Shown here: piece by piece, positions 12,147 to 23,892 of the stretch
How positions within the stretch are numbered: the stretch's first letter is position 1
How the letters are laid out: the number at the start of each line of letters is the position of its first letter
NCBI GenBank assembly: GCA_001600815.1
Contig: BCKZ01000018.1
Coordinates: 463,974-527,973 of the forward strand
DNA length: 64,000 nt
DNA from: Alloascoidea hylecoeti
Lineage: Eukaryota
Direction: 5' to 3'
Translations under genes and position numbers: made by a program
Notes under the pieces: generated by a model
The model's input: only the letters and a program-made list of their open reading frames with translations
Told to the model about the DNA's origin: nothing
The model's database searches: none

Positions 12147-12866
12147 TTAAATGACTCTTACAGATGAAAATGAGGATGACCTAACCGGGAAAGATTGCCG
12201 CCTAACAGAGTCAGACATTGGTGTACCATTTCCATTGAAATGTTCAGAAGGTTTGGAAGAGGGGGTGATAGAAGATAAATATGAAGATGTGGATGATCTA
12301 TCATTAACACTTTTACGTCTTGAAGTAGTGTATTTCAGATTTGTGTTATCAGTTATAAATTCCTGCTTTAATGCTCTAAAAGCTGTAAATGATAAAGATC
12401 TCAATATTGGTAATGTAGTTTTCCCAGAATTATAATCAATAGCACTATTGAGAAATATATGAAATTTAATTATTGATATATCTTCTTTATTTAACACCAT
12501 GTTTTCAAAATGTTTCCAGTTTTTGTGTAATTTTACATTGTCATCTAAATTTATATTTGTTTGATTTATATTTAATTTCAAAATCGGTATACATTTTATT
12601 TGAAATTTATCTTGTAATTGATATATGTTAAGATCATTTCTTAAACTTTTATCTTCACGTTCAGTAAAACCTTTAAATGTTATTCCAATTTCAATTGATT
12701 GATTTGGTTTTAAGAGTGAAACATTTGGAATTACTTTATATCTCTTCGGTGTTGTTGTCATCACCTTGAAAGCGTATGTTACGTCATTATTGTTCGTTAA
12801 TGTTATTGTTCTTGTTGACCTTTCCACAAATGAATTAAATGATATTGATGCTGGTGATAGCTTCAT
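12147..12866 (-). CDS. MSP/VAP (Scs2/Scs22-like) domain protein with no C-terminal transmembrane anchor
   Basis: N-terminal ITLTNNNDVTYAFKVMTTTPKRYKVIPNVSLLKP resembles the VAP signature FKVKTTxPxxYxVxPN, followed by QDKFQI. The C-terminus is Ser/Arg-rich and hydrophilic. Confidence 0.8.
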   Translation of the reverse strand: MKLSPASISFNSFVERSTRTITLTNNNDVTYAFKVMTTTPKRYKVIPNVSLLKPNQSIEIGITFKGFTEREDKSLRNDLNIYQLQDKFQIKCIPILKLNINQTNINLDDNVKLHKNWKHFENMVLNKEDISIIKFHIFLNSAIDYNSGKTTLPILRSLSFTAFRALKQEFITDNTNLKYTTSRRKSVNDRSSTSSYLSSITPSSKPSEHFNGNGTPMSDSVRRQSFPVRSSSFSSVRVI

Positions 12867-14262
12867 TTCTTATACCGATATATACTTATATGGTCAGAGC
12901 TTAGTTGTTAAATGTGGAAGACGATGAGAACATTGAGAAGGAACTCTTTTAATTTATATCTAAAGGGTTTCAATTGGTTAAAATATTTAAATTATCTATT
13001 TAACAAATGATATCTCAATAAATGAGATAAATAAATGAGACATTTTCCTTCTTCTAAATTATAAGTTTCTTTCCTTTTTTGCGATTAGACGTATTTATTT
13101 AATTTTCGGAGGGCATTTTAATTACAATTGGTTAACGGTATAACTAATGATTACTGTTGGGTTACATTAACTAGACAACCTTCAAGATTTGGTCTCAGAA
13201 AAAGTGACATATTAATTATTATTTCAGTAATTTCGGGATTTTATAATATTGTACTATTTGATGTTGTACAATATTTAATGATCATTGATCTAAGATGAGA
13301 AACGTGTCTCCAGATCAGTGACAAAATATTATAAATACTCTTAGACTCAAACACCCTTTTAGACTCAACAAATTCCTCAATCAATATCACCAGTATGCCC
13401 AAGGCATAGACCTTTAATTAACTTGATCCAACATTTCTCATACCTACCTATAAGATCCAATAACTATATAATATATATTAAACATGATCTACACTTCTTT
13501 CATATATAAGTTTTATAACATACAGCTACGCATGTGGAACGCATCAAGACTATTTAAAAATTGGATCAGAAGATTTCCTGCTTACAATACAGAAGTTGAT
13601 CATGGTTGTATGCTAAAGAACAGTTGTTGACACGACACTTGGTATTAATAGCTTTAATTAATTATAGCGATAAATAATTAAATATTATATATACAAATAG
13701 GTAAACATATTGATGATTATTCTAGATTCAAGAAGACAACTGGTACCAACTACTACTTCACCGCTTTAGTTGGAATTCTTAGGAATATACCACGAGAAAT
13801 GAGTTGTATCATTAATTTGCCGTTGACAATATTTTTTGAATACACTACAGTTACCACTGATAATAATAAATTATAGCCATATAGCATCATAAAATAAATC
13901 TTTAAAAGATCAAACAAAAATGATGAAGATTATTAAAGAGGTTGTCTAGAGTAATATTTCTATAAGATAGCGCTAGTCATCAATATAATATTTTATCCTA
14001 TGATTTATGATCATCGGATTTATTCTCATCTATAGTAGATTCTATACCAGTATGAATTCTATGGAATCATAATAAGGAAGTTCTAGAAGAAACAAAAGCA
14101 GAATCGAACCATCCCGATCGATGGAATGATACAAATATCCGAAGCTTACAATTGTGCTAACGGACTTATACACAACAAATAAAATGTAATACATCCAATT
14201 AACATTTTTGAAATTGATTGTAAATATAAATAAGATTTATATAAATAAAAAAATAAATAAAC

Positions 14263-15756
14263 TTAGTTTTCAGATTGGTTTTGTATAATAGAATCTTTCA
14301 ATTCTAATTCCACTTTTAAATCTTGACAAATATCAAAACATTCAGCTAAGATGGCGTTTACTGTAGCCTGACCAATTGGAATTGAACCATCATCATCCAA
14401 AAATTTCCCATCCACCCTTCTATTATCAAGTTGCATCAAATTGAATTGATATGGATATAAGTCTTTCGAAGTTGTAAGTGATTCAGAACGTTTCAGATCA
14501 GTCAAAATCCTCCTAACTGTCATCAGTTGATTATATACAGGCATCAGAGCTTCTGAAACCGGTTCACTTGATTCTAGCAGTTTACATATCAAAGAATAAC
14601 ATCGTCTAATCAGATATAAGAGAACAGATTGACCTTGTGGAGGATTGACGTCTCTGGATATCTGATCACCCCAAAAAACGCCATCAACTCTTAAGTCCTC
14701 AAATGCCTTCAATTTCTTTTGGTACACAAATAAATCCGTTTCGCGTAATGTCCAACGATGAGTTAACATTAATGTATCTAAGAAATACTTCATAGTCACC
14801 AATTCATCATATAGTGGTTTTAATGTATCATCGATTGTTTCTTTATTTGCACAAAAATCAGCCAAAAGAGATTGACATTCATCGATAAAGGAATAAATCA
14901 GCTCCCCACCTTGTAATTCACCATTGTTGTCAGTTTCAAATGATATTTCCTTCTTTAAATGCTTTAAAGTTGTTTTTATTGAAGCGGTTTCTGTTTCTAT
15001 TTCTTCAGATGTTTGTAATGGGTTTTGATTATCATATTTTGCCAGATACATTGTATTCATATGATGTAGTAATACTTCCATATCATCATTAGATGCAGCC
15101 AAATCTGCGGGCAGTTTAGGATCATGACCATGGGTCGAAAGAAGAGTAAATATTCTTTTTCGTAAATTTAATAAAGACTCCAAGAAAGGCAATAAAGTAT
15201 CATCAATTTTTGAAATTGAGGATTCGATTGAAGTTAAACTTTCCATACAAAGTTTATATTTGGATAGAACCAGAAGAAAAACATCATGATCATCATCTTC
15301 ATCATCTCCGTCAGCAACCCTACTGGTATAGTTATCAATTATGGATTTTATTTCGGCTAGCTTTGATTTTATTGGTGTGATAGTTTCAGTATTGTAAGAT
15401 TTTGATTCTTTAATATGATCAAGTAATCTTGTAATTATTACTAAAGTAGAGTATTGAGCTGCTGCTTGATTATTCATACCAACCGCCATAAAAGACAAGG
15501 ATAGCAAATGGAAGATGTCATCAAGTATTAAAGCCCTTGGGGAATACTTCAATAGTTCTTGATTCAAATTTGATTGTGATTCTGAATTTTTTTGATTTTT
15601 ATAATCATTCAAATCTTTAACAACTAATTTTGTTTCCATATAACAATGTAAAATATCATTTTCTCTTATATAATGTGTAGTATTTAATATACTTTTCAGA
15701 TCATCTCTGATTCGAGAGAATTTGTTATATATGTATTCTAATTCATAATCGGACAT
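14263..15756 (-). CDS. CUB1: UPF0662/DUF2408 family protein (Cub1/YPL260W-like)
   Basis: LTHRWTLRETDLF, RVDGxF repeats, SSEPVSEALMPVYNQL and LYPYQ are characteristic of this family. Confidence 0.85.
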   Translation of the reverse strand: MSDYELEYIYNKFSRIRDDLKSILNTTHYIRENDILHCYMETKLVVKDLNDYKNQKNSESQSNLNQELLKYSPRALILDDIFHLLSLSFMAVGMNNQAAAQYSTLVIITRLLDHIKESKSYNTETITPIKSKLAEIKSIIDNYTSRVADGDDEDDDHDVFLLVLSKYKLCMESLTSIESSISKIDDTLLPFLESLLNLRKRIFTLLSTHGHDPKLPADLAASNDDMEVLLHHMNTMYLAKYDNQNPLQTSEEIETETASIKTTLKHLKKEISFETDNNGELQGGELIYSFIDECQSLLADFCANKETIDDTLKPLYDELVTMKYFLDTLMLTHRWTLRETDLFVYQKKLKAFEDLRVDGVFWGDQISRDVNPPQGQSVLLYLIRRCYSLICKLLESSEPVSEALMPVYNQLMTVRRILTDLKRSESLTTSKDLYPYQFNLMQLDNRRVDGKFLDDDGSIPIGQATVNAILAECFDICQDLKVELELKDSIIQNQSEN

Positions 15757-16281
15757 TAGTGGTAATTATGACTTAAAAAATGCTTTTGTATGTTGCTTTT
15801 AAATTTCGATTGCTTTTGCGGCATCGAAATGTGTAAAATCTAGAAGATGAGAAGAGAAAAGCACAAATTTATAGCTTAATTACGCCAAAAGTTTAAATGT
15901 TAACTGGGTGAAAATATTAACCTTAATTATAAGCTTGGCAAGCAAAAGTTGGTAAAAGTGATACAATGTGATTAATTTATAACGGAATTATTAAATTTTT
16001 TATGTTATTTTTTCAATATTTGGAATACAATTGAAATCAAAAGTTTGAAGAGACCGGAAAAGCCGTAAAATTTGGAGGAAATCACAGATATCTAATAAAC
16101 CCCATAAATTTAAAGCAGAGAAATCAGAGAAATTTCTGGCCTAAAATTGCGACAGTTTCCAGTATTTACAAATTAAAGGCGATCGGATGTTGAAGTTGAA
16201 ACACCCAGACATCAACAAACAACTTTTTTCTTTTCAGCTTTGTTTCTTTCCTCACCAACATCATATTAAAATTAGTTTAAA

Positions 16282-17801
16282 ATGTCGGAAGATGATTTAT
16301 TAATGGAAATAGCTTCGATTTCTGGTATGTTTTAGCATCTGATTTTTGTCGTATCTCATTGCCCTTATCGCATTGGCTTACTAACCGTTTGACCCGAATA
16401 GGGGCTATTAACCGACACAAGAACAAAATGATGGGTTTTGATTATCCATCAAGAGGTATTTATCATTTTTTACTACTAGATTTATTATGAGTATCTAACA
16501 ATACTAGGACGTGGATATAGTAGAGGGCGTGGGGCCCGTGGGTATAGTTATGGCGGCAGCAGGGGCCACCCGTACAGGGGAGGTCGAGGGGGGCGAGGAG
16601 GTCGTGGCATCGATAGGGAGGTAATAGCAAGGGCTAATTATGTAGCACCTCATTTAATATCTAGTAAAACAACTAATACGGCATTCGTTGTTCCGCCGCC
16701 TGTTTCAACCCCTAAGGATGTTTTAACAAAATCTAATACTAAACCTATAAACAAAGCGAGTGGACCAACAACGAAAATACAGGGAATTAATTATTTGATA
16801 AAGGCTAACGGTGATATATTAATTGCTACTGATATATCATTTGAAAAGAAGTTGAAACTGCAAGGTTCTTTGATTTATAATGGTGATGTTTATGAAGGTC
16901 AAAAAGGGGTTTTTCGAAGAAATACTCATAGGTTTGTATTTATTTATATTTACGGCGGATAAAAAGTGGAGAAGATATGGATTCTAATAATATTTATTTG
17001 AATAGTGATTCGGCTTGTACCTATTATACACAAGGTTGTTTTTCAATTTTTTTTTGATATTTAAATGTTTTACTTTACTAACAGCTACCCTTATCTTATT
17101 TTTGTTTTGTTTTGGGGGAAATTTTTATAGGTAACTGCACAAAAGGACAAAAGTGTCCGTATAAACATGATCCATACCATCGGGCGATTTGTAAAGATTT
17201 CTTATTGAAGCGCTGCAAGCTCCAACCAAAAGACTGTGTATTCTCTCATGATCCAAATCCACATAATTCTCCACACTGTTTATTTTTTTATAAAGGTATA
17301 TGCTCAAATGATGAAAATTGTAAGTTCACACATGTTAAAGTAAATCCATTTGCTGAAATATGCCGTGATTTTTCATTATCTGGCTGGTGCGATTTAGGCG
17401 ATAAATGCGTTTTAAGACATGTTTTTGAGTGTCCTGATTTTTATTCTAATGGCGTTTGCCCAAGAGGTAAAACATGTAAATTGAAGCATGTTAGACCTAG
17501 TGGGAATGATTTATTACATATAGAACAAGAAAGGCAGAAAAAGAAAGATATAAAGGAAAAGGAGAAAGAAAAAGATACCACTCCAAAAACTAACTCTAAT
17601 GATGCAATTAATTTAAATGCATTACGAGACCTTGTTATGAATAGTAATGATGATGAAGATAATCTTGAAGATGAATCTGATTCCAATTCTGATTTTGAAT
17701 CCGATTCTGAGGATGAAGATGAAGCTGAAGATGCAGGTGAAGATATGACTTTGGATAAATCTAGTCAATTTGATACTAACGAAGATTATATAAAGTTTTA
17801 A
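16282..17801 (+). CDS. Five-CCCH zinc-finger RNA-binding protein, Red5/ZC3H3-like, 5 exons, about 406 aa
   Basis: Exons 16282-16324, 16402-16455, 16508-16931, 17006-17034 and 17131-17801, all phase-compatible. N-terminus MSEDDLLMEIASISGAINRHKN, then an RGG tract with RGHPY, five tandem CCCH fingers (first completed only by splicing) and an acidic tail. Donors of introns 2-4 are weak (GTATTT, GTTTGT, GTTGTT). Confidence 0.82.
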
Positions 17802-18089
17802 AAAAGAAAGAAAAAAGAGAAAAAACTAGAATATAATAAAAATCGTAATGAAATATATATTTTGAATATTATGTGTATGCCTATGCCTATATCTATATGG
17901 CTAAATTTAGTAGCCTTTTTTACTATTTAGTATTTACTTATATTTTTTTAATACATCTCATTAAACTATAATAAACAAACTAAAACTAAAATCACATGTA
18001 ATAAACAGAATAATGTCAGTATTGTTTTTTTTTGTGTCTTCTCCCTTTTTAAATGTTATGCCATATCATTATTCTTCTATATAAAATTT

Positions 18090-21000
18090 TTAATTTTTAA
18101 TTGCTTTAATGATTTCTTCTCTAGCAATTTCAATACCCTTTTCAGAACCTTGTACAACAATAACATTATTTCCTCCAGGTCTTGGAACATTAATTTGACA
18201 TTTTGATAATCTTCTTATATGGTTAATTGTCTCACCTTGTGGTCCAATAATTAATTTGAATTGTGAACTATTCTTTAACCAAAGATATCCAAAATATTTA
18301 GATGTTGACAATTCAGCAATTTTTTCATTAAGATATTTAATTGCTTCTTTAACATCAACATCATCACCCCTTAATTTCCAGGTGACTTTTTCAGTAGCAG
18401 ATTCCGATGCTTCTGCTGCAGTTGTCCATTGAATGACTTTAGAATCCGGACCAATTGCAGATTCAGGAACTTCTGGTTCAGGGGTTTCTGATTTTTTGCC
18501 ACGACCCCTATCGCCTCTTTTAGATCCACTATCAATAGAAACACTAAAATCATTTCTTAATCTTCTAAATAAAGCACCACGATCAATGAGTTTTTCCTGG
18601 TAAGCTTTTGGTACTTCGATTGTATGATTCCATACATCTTTAGTTAATTCTAAAATCTTTTCCTTTGCCTTTTCCAAGTTTTCTTCATGACCACTAATTT
18701 TAACAGAGGTTGAAGAATCATCTTGTTTTGGAACATCAACAGTAACATGAAATTCATCTTGTAAACTTCTTCTTACCATACCACCAGAACCAATAATTAA
18801 TCTATGACGAGCTTTTGGAACATCAACAGTAATTGATTTTGTTAAATCACGATCAGCAACAAGTGCTTCAATTGCTTTAATGATTTTAGCAACGACTTTT
18901 TTATTACCTGAAACTTCAATTTTATTTGATTTTAAACTTTGATTTGGTATTTGAATATATCTTCTTTGTTCATGTGAATCTTCTGGACCACCAGCATTGA
19001 CAATAATTTCACGCATTGTTGAACCTTCCTTTCCAACGATTGCACCGTAATGTTTTGGATCAACTTCAATAAATTCAGAAGTAAAATCTTGAATTTCTTT
19101 AACAATTGCCATGATTTTAGATTCAGCTTCTTTAATTCCTGATTTTGTACCGGTAATTTCAATAGTAGATTGATCAAAATCATTTTCTTTTCCTTCATCA
19201 TTTTCATTATCTTCTTTTTGTTCAACTTGAATACTTGTACCAGTGGAATCTTTAATATTATTAATATTTTCACCTTGTTTGCCAATAATTCTAGCTAAAG
19301 ATTTTGTAGGAACATGTAATACTTTAACATTACCATTTTCAACTTCGAATTTTAATAATTCTGTTAATTCTTCCTTGACTTTATTCGATCCTTTACTTGG
19401 ACCACGTACAACAACTTCATCCAAAGATTTTGGATTTTCAGTATTGTTACCACCAACATTACTGCTGTCTTCTCTTGGGAAACGAATATGAACGTCATAT
19501 TTCTCTTCTAATCTCTTAACAAATTTACCACCTTTGCCGATCATTGTTTGATGATATTTATGTGGGATTGGAATACGTAGAAGAACTTCATCAGCCCATC
19601 TTTTACCCAAATTAATGATTCTATGTTTTGCTTCATCGGCTGTTCTTTTAACACCTTTAACAATAACATGACCTTCTTCATCAACATCAATTTGAACACC
19701 AAATTCATCTCTTAAGCTTGCCAAGTTAGAACCACCTTTACCAATAAGTCTATTAATGACAGTTTTGGGGAAATCTAATTCAGTTGTATAAGAAGATAAT
19801 ACAGCAAATTCTTTACCTTCAGCAATAACATCTTCAATATCTTTTTTAACTTTTGAAACTTCAGATTTTAATCCCTTAATTAGAACTGACCCATCCTTTT
19901 CATTAATATTAATATCAACATCATTATTCTTAGTATTTTTAAGAATTGATTTCAAAGTTGAATTATTTTTACCGTAAATATAACCAATTTCAGTTGAATC
20001 TAAATTTTCAATTTTAATTTCAGATAAACTGTTTTTCTTTTCTCTTAATTCATTAAATGATTCATCAACTGTAGTTAACTTATTAGTAATTTCTTCAGGT
20101 GTTGGACCAAAATCTTCATCAGCATCAGTATCTAATTCAGAATCATAAACCAAAATAATATCAGAATTAATTTTAACATCTTTTGGTAAAATAACAGCAA
20201 CACCATTTTTCTTAGCAGTTAAAAATAATGATGAATCAGTGGTTGTCAAATGTTTAAAAAAGAAAGGATCAATACCACTAGCTCTTATAACAACAGATGG
20301 TGGGAATTTATTAACTAATTCAACGATTTTTTTTCTAAATTGTTTAATTTGATCTTTATTTGAACCAGTAATTTCAAATACAACTTCATTAGTATTTGCT
20401 TTATATAAAACATCAAAATTTGGGAATTTAATAGAAATATCATCAGTTAATAATGGTTTAATAAATCTATCTTCATTGGATTCCAAAAATTGTGATAAAG
20501 CTTGAGCATGAGGAATTGATCTTCCATGAGCTCTTGAAATATCTAAAATTTCCATAGTTATACTTTTTGCCTTTGCTTTAGCGATTTTTGTGGCTTCAAT
20601 TGCATCTTTTTGTGATTTTGATAAGAAGACAATTGAACCCGGTTGTTTATTTGATCCTTCAAGTGTATCATTTAATTTTTCAATTATAATGCTATTAGTC
20701 TTTAAAAAAATTTCCTTTTCAAATGAATGATCAACACCAATTACAAAACGATGTAAACGATCAGGAATTGTAACAGATTCTTTAACATAATTCGATTCAA
20801 TTTTTGGAATTAAAGATTCAATAAAAGATCTTGTTTCCAAAACTTGTGGTCTATCACCTGAAATAACAATTGGAGAATTCAAAGCTAATTTTCGATCATC
20901 ATCAGAAACAAATATATCAGGAACTAAAACATCAATATCTTTCTTAGAAGACGAAGATAATAATTTATTAACAATTGGATAATATAAAGGATTAACATTA

Positions 21001-21776
21001 GAAATTCTTGTTTTCATTTCCTTCATTCTTTCATTAACAATTGCTAAAATGTCACTCTTTGCAATGTTAGCACCTTCAGCGTCACCTTCAACAGAAACCT
21101 CAAGCATTTCATCGTCATCGGCAGGAATTGAATTATTTTCTCTTCTTGCAATTTCAATTTTAGTTTGAGATTTTTCAATAATTGGTCTTAGGACATTACC
21201 TTGAGAACCGATAACATGAGAACGAACAGAAGCGGGGATGGTGAAAGTTAAAGTGACCGGTTTCGACAATTGTCTGATTAATTCCCTTCTTGCACGATAA
21301 ACATCCTCAGGGTGGCCTTTAACCAAAAAGTTTCTAGCTTGGTTCAATCTACTAGTTGAGCATTCAATTGAAGTATTTGTTGAATTTTTGATTTTTTGTA
21401 AGGTTTGACTTAAGACTTGCTTATTGATTGTTTTTCTTTGAGCTGAATCATCCAAGGAAAAAGCTTCAGTGACGACGTTTGATCTTGCAGCGACAGGAAT
21501 TGCACGAGGAGCAGGAGAACGGACCGGTTGAACCCAAGCAGACGCTGGGCCTGGGGAAGTTTTACCGGAGGAACTGCCACCAAGAGCTGGGAAGGCATCG
21601 AGAGATTTGATTGAAACTTTTTCAGCCTTTACAGGGGCTACGGAAACAATTTCAGGTTCATCAAAACTGGAGAGGTCGATAGCATGGGCAACCGATTTTG
21701 AAGCACCGTTGCCGTTACCATTACCATTAGAGTTGGCAGACTCATGCTTGGATTGGAGTTCAGAAGCAAATGACAT
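18090..21776 (-). CDS. SCP160: Vigilin-like multi-KH-domain RNA-binding protein
   Basis: 1228 aa with many KH GxxG loops (VIGSQG, LIGKGG, MIGKGG, IIGKQG, IVGKEG, IIGSGG, IIGPQG); AFPALG in the N-terminus. Confidence 0.96.
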   Translation of the reverse strand: MSFASELQSKHESANSNGNGNGNGASKSVAHAIDLSSFDEPEIVSVAPVKAEKVSIKSLDAFPALGGSSSGKTSPGPASAWVQPVRSPAPRAIPVAARSNVVTEAFSLDDSAQRKTINKQVLSQTLQKIKNSTNTSIECSTSRLNQARNFLVKGHPEDVYRARRELIRQLSKPVTLTFTIPASVRSHVIGSQGNVLRPIIEKSQTKIEIARRENNSIPADDDEMLEVSVEGDAEGANIAKSDILAIVNERMKEMKTRISNVNPLYYPIVNKLLSSSSKKDIDVLVPDIFVSDDDRKLALNSPIVISGDRPQVLETRSFIESLIPKIESNYVKESVTIPDRLHRFVIGVDHSFEKEIFLKTNSIIIEKLNDTLEGSNKQPGSIVFLSKSQKDAIEATKIAKAKAKSITMEILDISRAHGRSIPHAQALSQFLESNEDRFIKPLLTDDISIKFPNFDVLYKANTNEVVFEITGSNKDQIKQFRKKIVELVNKFPPSVVIRASGIDPFFFKHLTTTDSSLFLTAKKNGVAVILPKDVKINSDIILVYDSELDTDADEDFGPTPEEITNKLTTVDESFNELREKKNSLSEIKIENLDSTEIGYIYGKNNSTLKSILKNTKNNDVDININEKDGSVLIKGLKSEVSKVKKDIEDVIAEGKEFAVLSSYTTELDFPKTVINRLIGKGGSNLASLRDEFGVQIDVDEEGHVIVKGVKRTADEAKHRIINLGKRWADEVLLRIPIPHKYHQTMIGKGGKFVKRLEEKYDVHIRFPREDSSNVGGNNTENPKSLDEVVVRGPSKGSNKVKEELTELLKFEVENGNVKVLHVPTKSLARIIGKQGENINNIKDSTGTSIQVEQKEDNENDEGKENDFDQSTIEITGTKSGIKEAESKIMAIVKEIQDFTSEFIEVDPKHYGAIVGKEGSTMREIIVNAGGPEDSHEQRRYIQIPNQSLKSNKIEVSGNKKVVAKIIKAIEALVADRDLTKSITVDVPKARHRLIIGSGGMVRRSLQDEFHVTVDVPKQDDSSTSVKISGHEENLEKAKEKILELTKDVWNHTIEVPKAYQEKLIDRGALFRRLRNDFSVSIDSGSKRGDRGRGKKSETPEPEVPESAIGPDSKVIQWTTAAEASESATEKVTWKLRGDDVDVKEAIKYLNEKIAELSTSKYFGYLWLKNSSQFKLIIGPQGETINHIRRLSKCQINVPRPGGNNVIVVQGSEKGIEIAREEIIKAIKN

Positions 21777-22179
21777 TACGATCGAATAAGATAAACAGAA
21801 GAGGAGTTGGTCGAAAACAGAGAGACGGATAGACTTGAACGGAGAGATACGAAATCAAAAATCTGAAGTAGTGAAACTTGGCTATAATATGTTTCAGACA
21901 TGTTAGAACTTAGAAACCACCAAAACGACGACCGAACAAAAGGAAAAAGCTGACGACCGAGGTCTCCAACACAATCCAAACAGCTTCACCACGACATTCT
22001 CAATATTTACAACGACATACCTTTTTTGAAGGAATAAAATAAGAACTTTCTACTTTTCAGGGAGGTTGAAGAAGAAAAAAGAACAGCACACAATTTCTGG
22101 GGAATAATATACCTTCTTACATCCAAACTTCCTTCCTTCTCCCAACTTGTAATTTATAATTAAAACAAACCACTGAAAA

Positions 22180-23892
22180 ATGAATAGAAATAAAATGGTT
22201 TTATCAGATGAGCATAAATCCCTTTTACACTCAAAATTGATCAATATTTTACCATTAGATAATGATTCAATAACCCAAATTATTGAAAATGTTTCTAATT
22301 TATCATCTCCCGGTGAAACAATTAGATATTTAAAAGACCTACTAGGAGAATCTAAAGAATCCTTGGATTTTATAAATGAAATAAATCAATTAAAATTTAA
22401 AGAAAAGAAAAGAAATGGTCAAAAAACATTAAAACTGAAATTTGATAACAAAAATGTAGGGACTTTAGTAAAGAATCCACCTCCTTATTCTTTATCATCA
22501 TCATCTTCTTCTTCTTCTTCTGCTAAAAAAGTTATGAGTCAAAATAAATCCTCTTCTGGAATAACGTTATCCCAGATAACACAACCAACTCCTAAATCAA
22601 AATCAAAATTCTCAAAACAATCCCAAAAGCGACATTTAGAATCATTACAAGATGTATCGAATGCATTAGATGATATAGAATTGACTTCTTTATTAAATTC
22701 TTCTTCTACAGAAATTCAAGGTCACTTGAATAAATATTCAGATTGTAATTGTAATGGTACAAGACATCCATTATTAGCAATATCACCAAATTGTTTAAAC
22801 TGTGGAAAGATCATTTGTATTAAACATGGTCTTGTACCATGTCGATATTGTAAACAACCTTTACTATCTAAAGACGAAATAAATGAAATTATAAATGTTT
22901 TAAAAAATGAAAAATTAGATATGGAAGAGAAAATCGAAGGTAAAACAAAACCAATAACATATGAAAAGAATAATAAAACAAAATATCAAAAATCTAAAAA
23001 AATTACATTTTCAATAAAGGCTGGATTAAATTCATCAAAACAACAAGATAAAATCTTTGATAAACTTGAAAAAGAACAAAAAAGACAAAATTTATTAAAA
23101 TTAGAAAAATTAAAACAAGAAGAATTTAAAAATGAACAATTAAAAATTGAAAAAGATATTGAAGAATTAAATAAAAGAAAATTAAAAAATGAAAATGAAG
23201 ATAAAGATCTAATTGATGCTAAAAAAAGATTAGATAATTTGTTACATTTTCAAGATGATTCAATTCAAAGAACAAAAATTATTGACAATTCAAGTGATTT
23301 TGATATGTCTCTTTCAACTTCTGGTACAAGTGGTTTAAATCCATGGTCATCTCCATTAGAAAAAGCATTACAATTGAAGAAACAACAACGAATGTTACGG
23401 AAAGTTCAAGAAGCTGAAAAGGCACGCAGTGGTAGAGGTAAACATGTTATGAGTGTCGCTATTAAAAATGGAAAAGTCGTCGTTAATCAAAAGATCGTTA
23501 AAAGTGAGGAAAAGATTATACCTGATAATTATAGTGATGAAGAAATTGAAAATGAATATGAAAGTGATGAAGATGAAGATGAAGATGAAGATAGCGATAA
23601 TTTCGATGATGAAATGAAGAAATCAAATGAAAATGAATTAAATGATATTAAAGAATTAAAAAAGAAAATTAAACAAGAGCAAAAGAAAAAATATGAAGAA
23701 AATATTAAAAAGTTTTGGGATTATGAAAAGGATAAAGGTAAATTTATTAAACCAATTTTTATTTCAGATAATGAAAAGAAAAAGATAAATGAAGATGAAG
23801 AAGATCTTAATCCAATTACTTTAGATAGTAAATGGGAAAGAGTTCAAGAATCTGATGATGAAGATAGATTAGTAGAGTTACCTTCTTTATAA
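22180..23892 (+). CDS. RQT4: ASC-1/TRIP4-like C2HC5 zinc-finger protein (ribosome quality control trigger subunit)
   Basis: CNCNGTRHPLLAISPNCLNCGKIICIKHGLVPCRYC, A..RLDNLLHFQ..RTKIID and NPWSSPLEKALQLKKQQ. Start could be 22180 or 22195. Confidence 0.9.
   Translation: MNRNKMVLSDEHKSLLHSKLINILPLDNDSITQIIENVSNLSSPGETIRYLKDLLGESKESLDFINEINQLKFKEKKRNGQKTLKLKFDNKNVGTLVKNPPPYSLSSSSSSSSSAKKVMSQNKSSSGITLSQITQPTPKSKSKFSKQSQKRHLESLQDVSNALDDIELTSLLNSSSTEIQGHLNKYSDCNCNGTRHPLLAISPNCLNCGKIICIKHGLVPCRYCKQPLLSKDEINEIINVLKNEKLDMEEKIEGKTKPITYEKNNKTKYQKSKKITFSIKAGLNSSKQQDKIFDKLEKEQKRQNLLKLEKLKQEEFKNEQLKIEKDIEELNKRKLKNENEDKDLIDAKKRLDNLLHFQDDSIQRTKIIDNSSDFDMSLSTSGTSGLNPWSSPLEKALQLKKQQRMLRKVQEAEKARSGRGKHVMSVAIKNGKVVVNQKIVKSEEKIIPDNYSDEEIENEYESDEDEDEDEDSDNFDDEMKKSNENELNDIKELKKKIKQEQKKKYEENIKKFWDYEKDKGKFIKPIFISDNEKKKINEDEEDLNPITLDSKWERVQESDDEDRLVELPSL

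Noticed and set aside
13328..14160. TATA plus ATG 13395 and broken protein-like frames, a possible pseudogene
   Set aside because: Stop after four codons and no recognisable homology.
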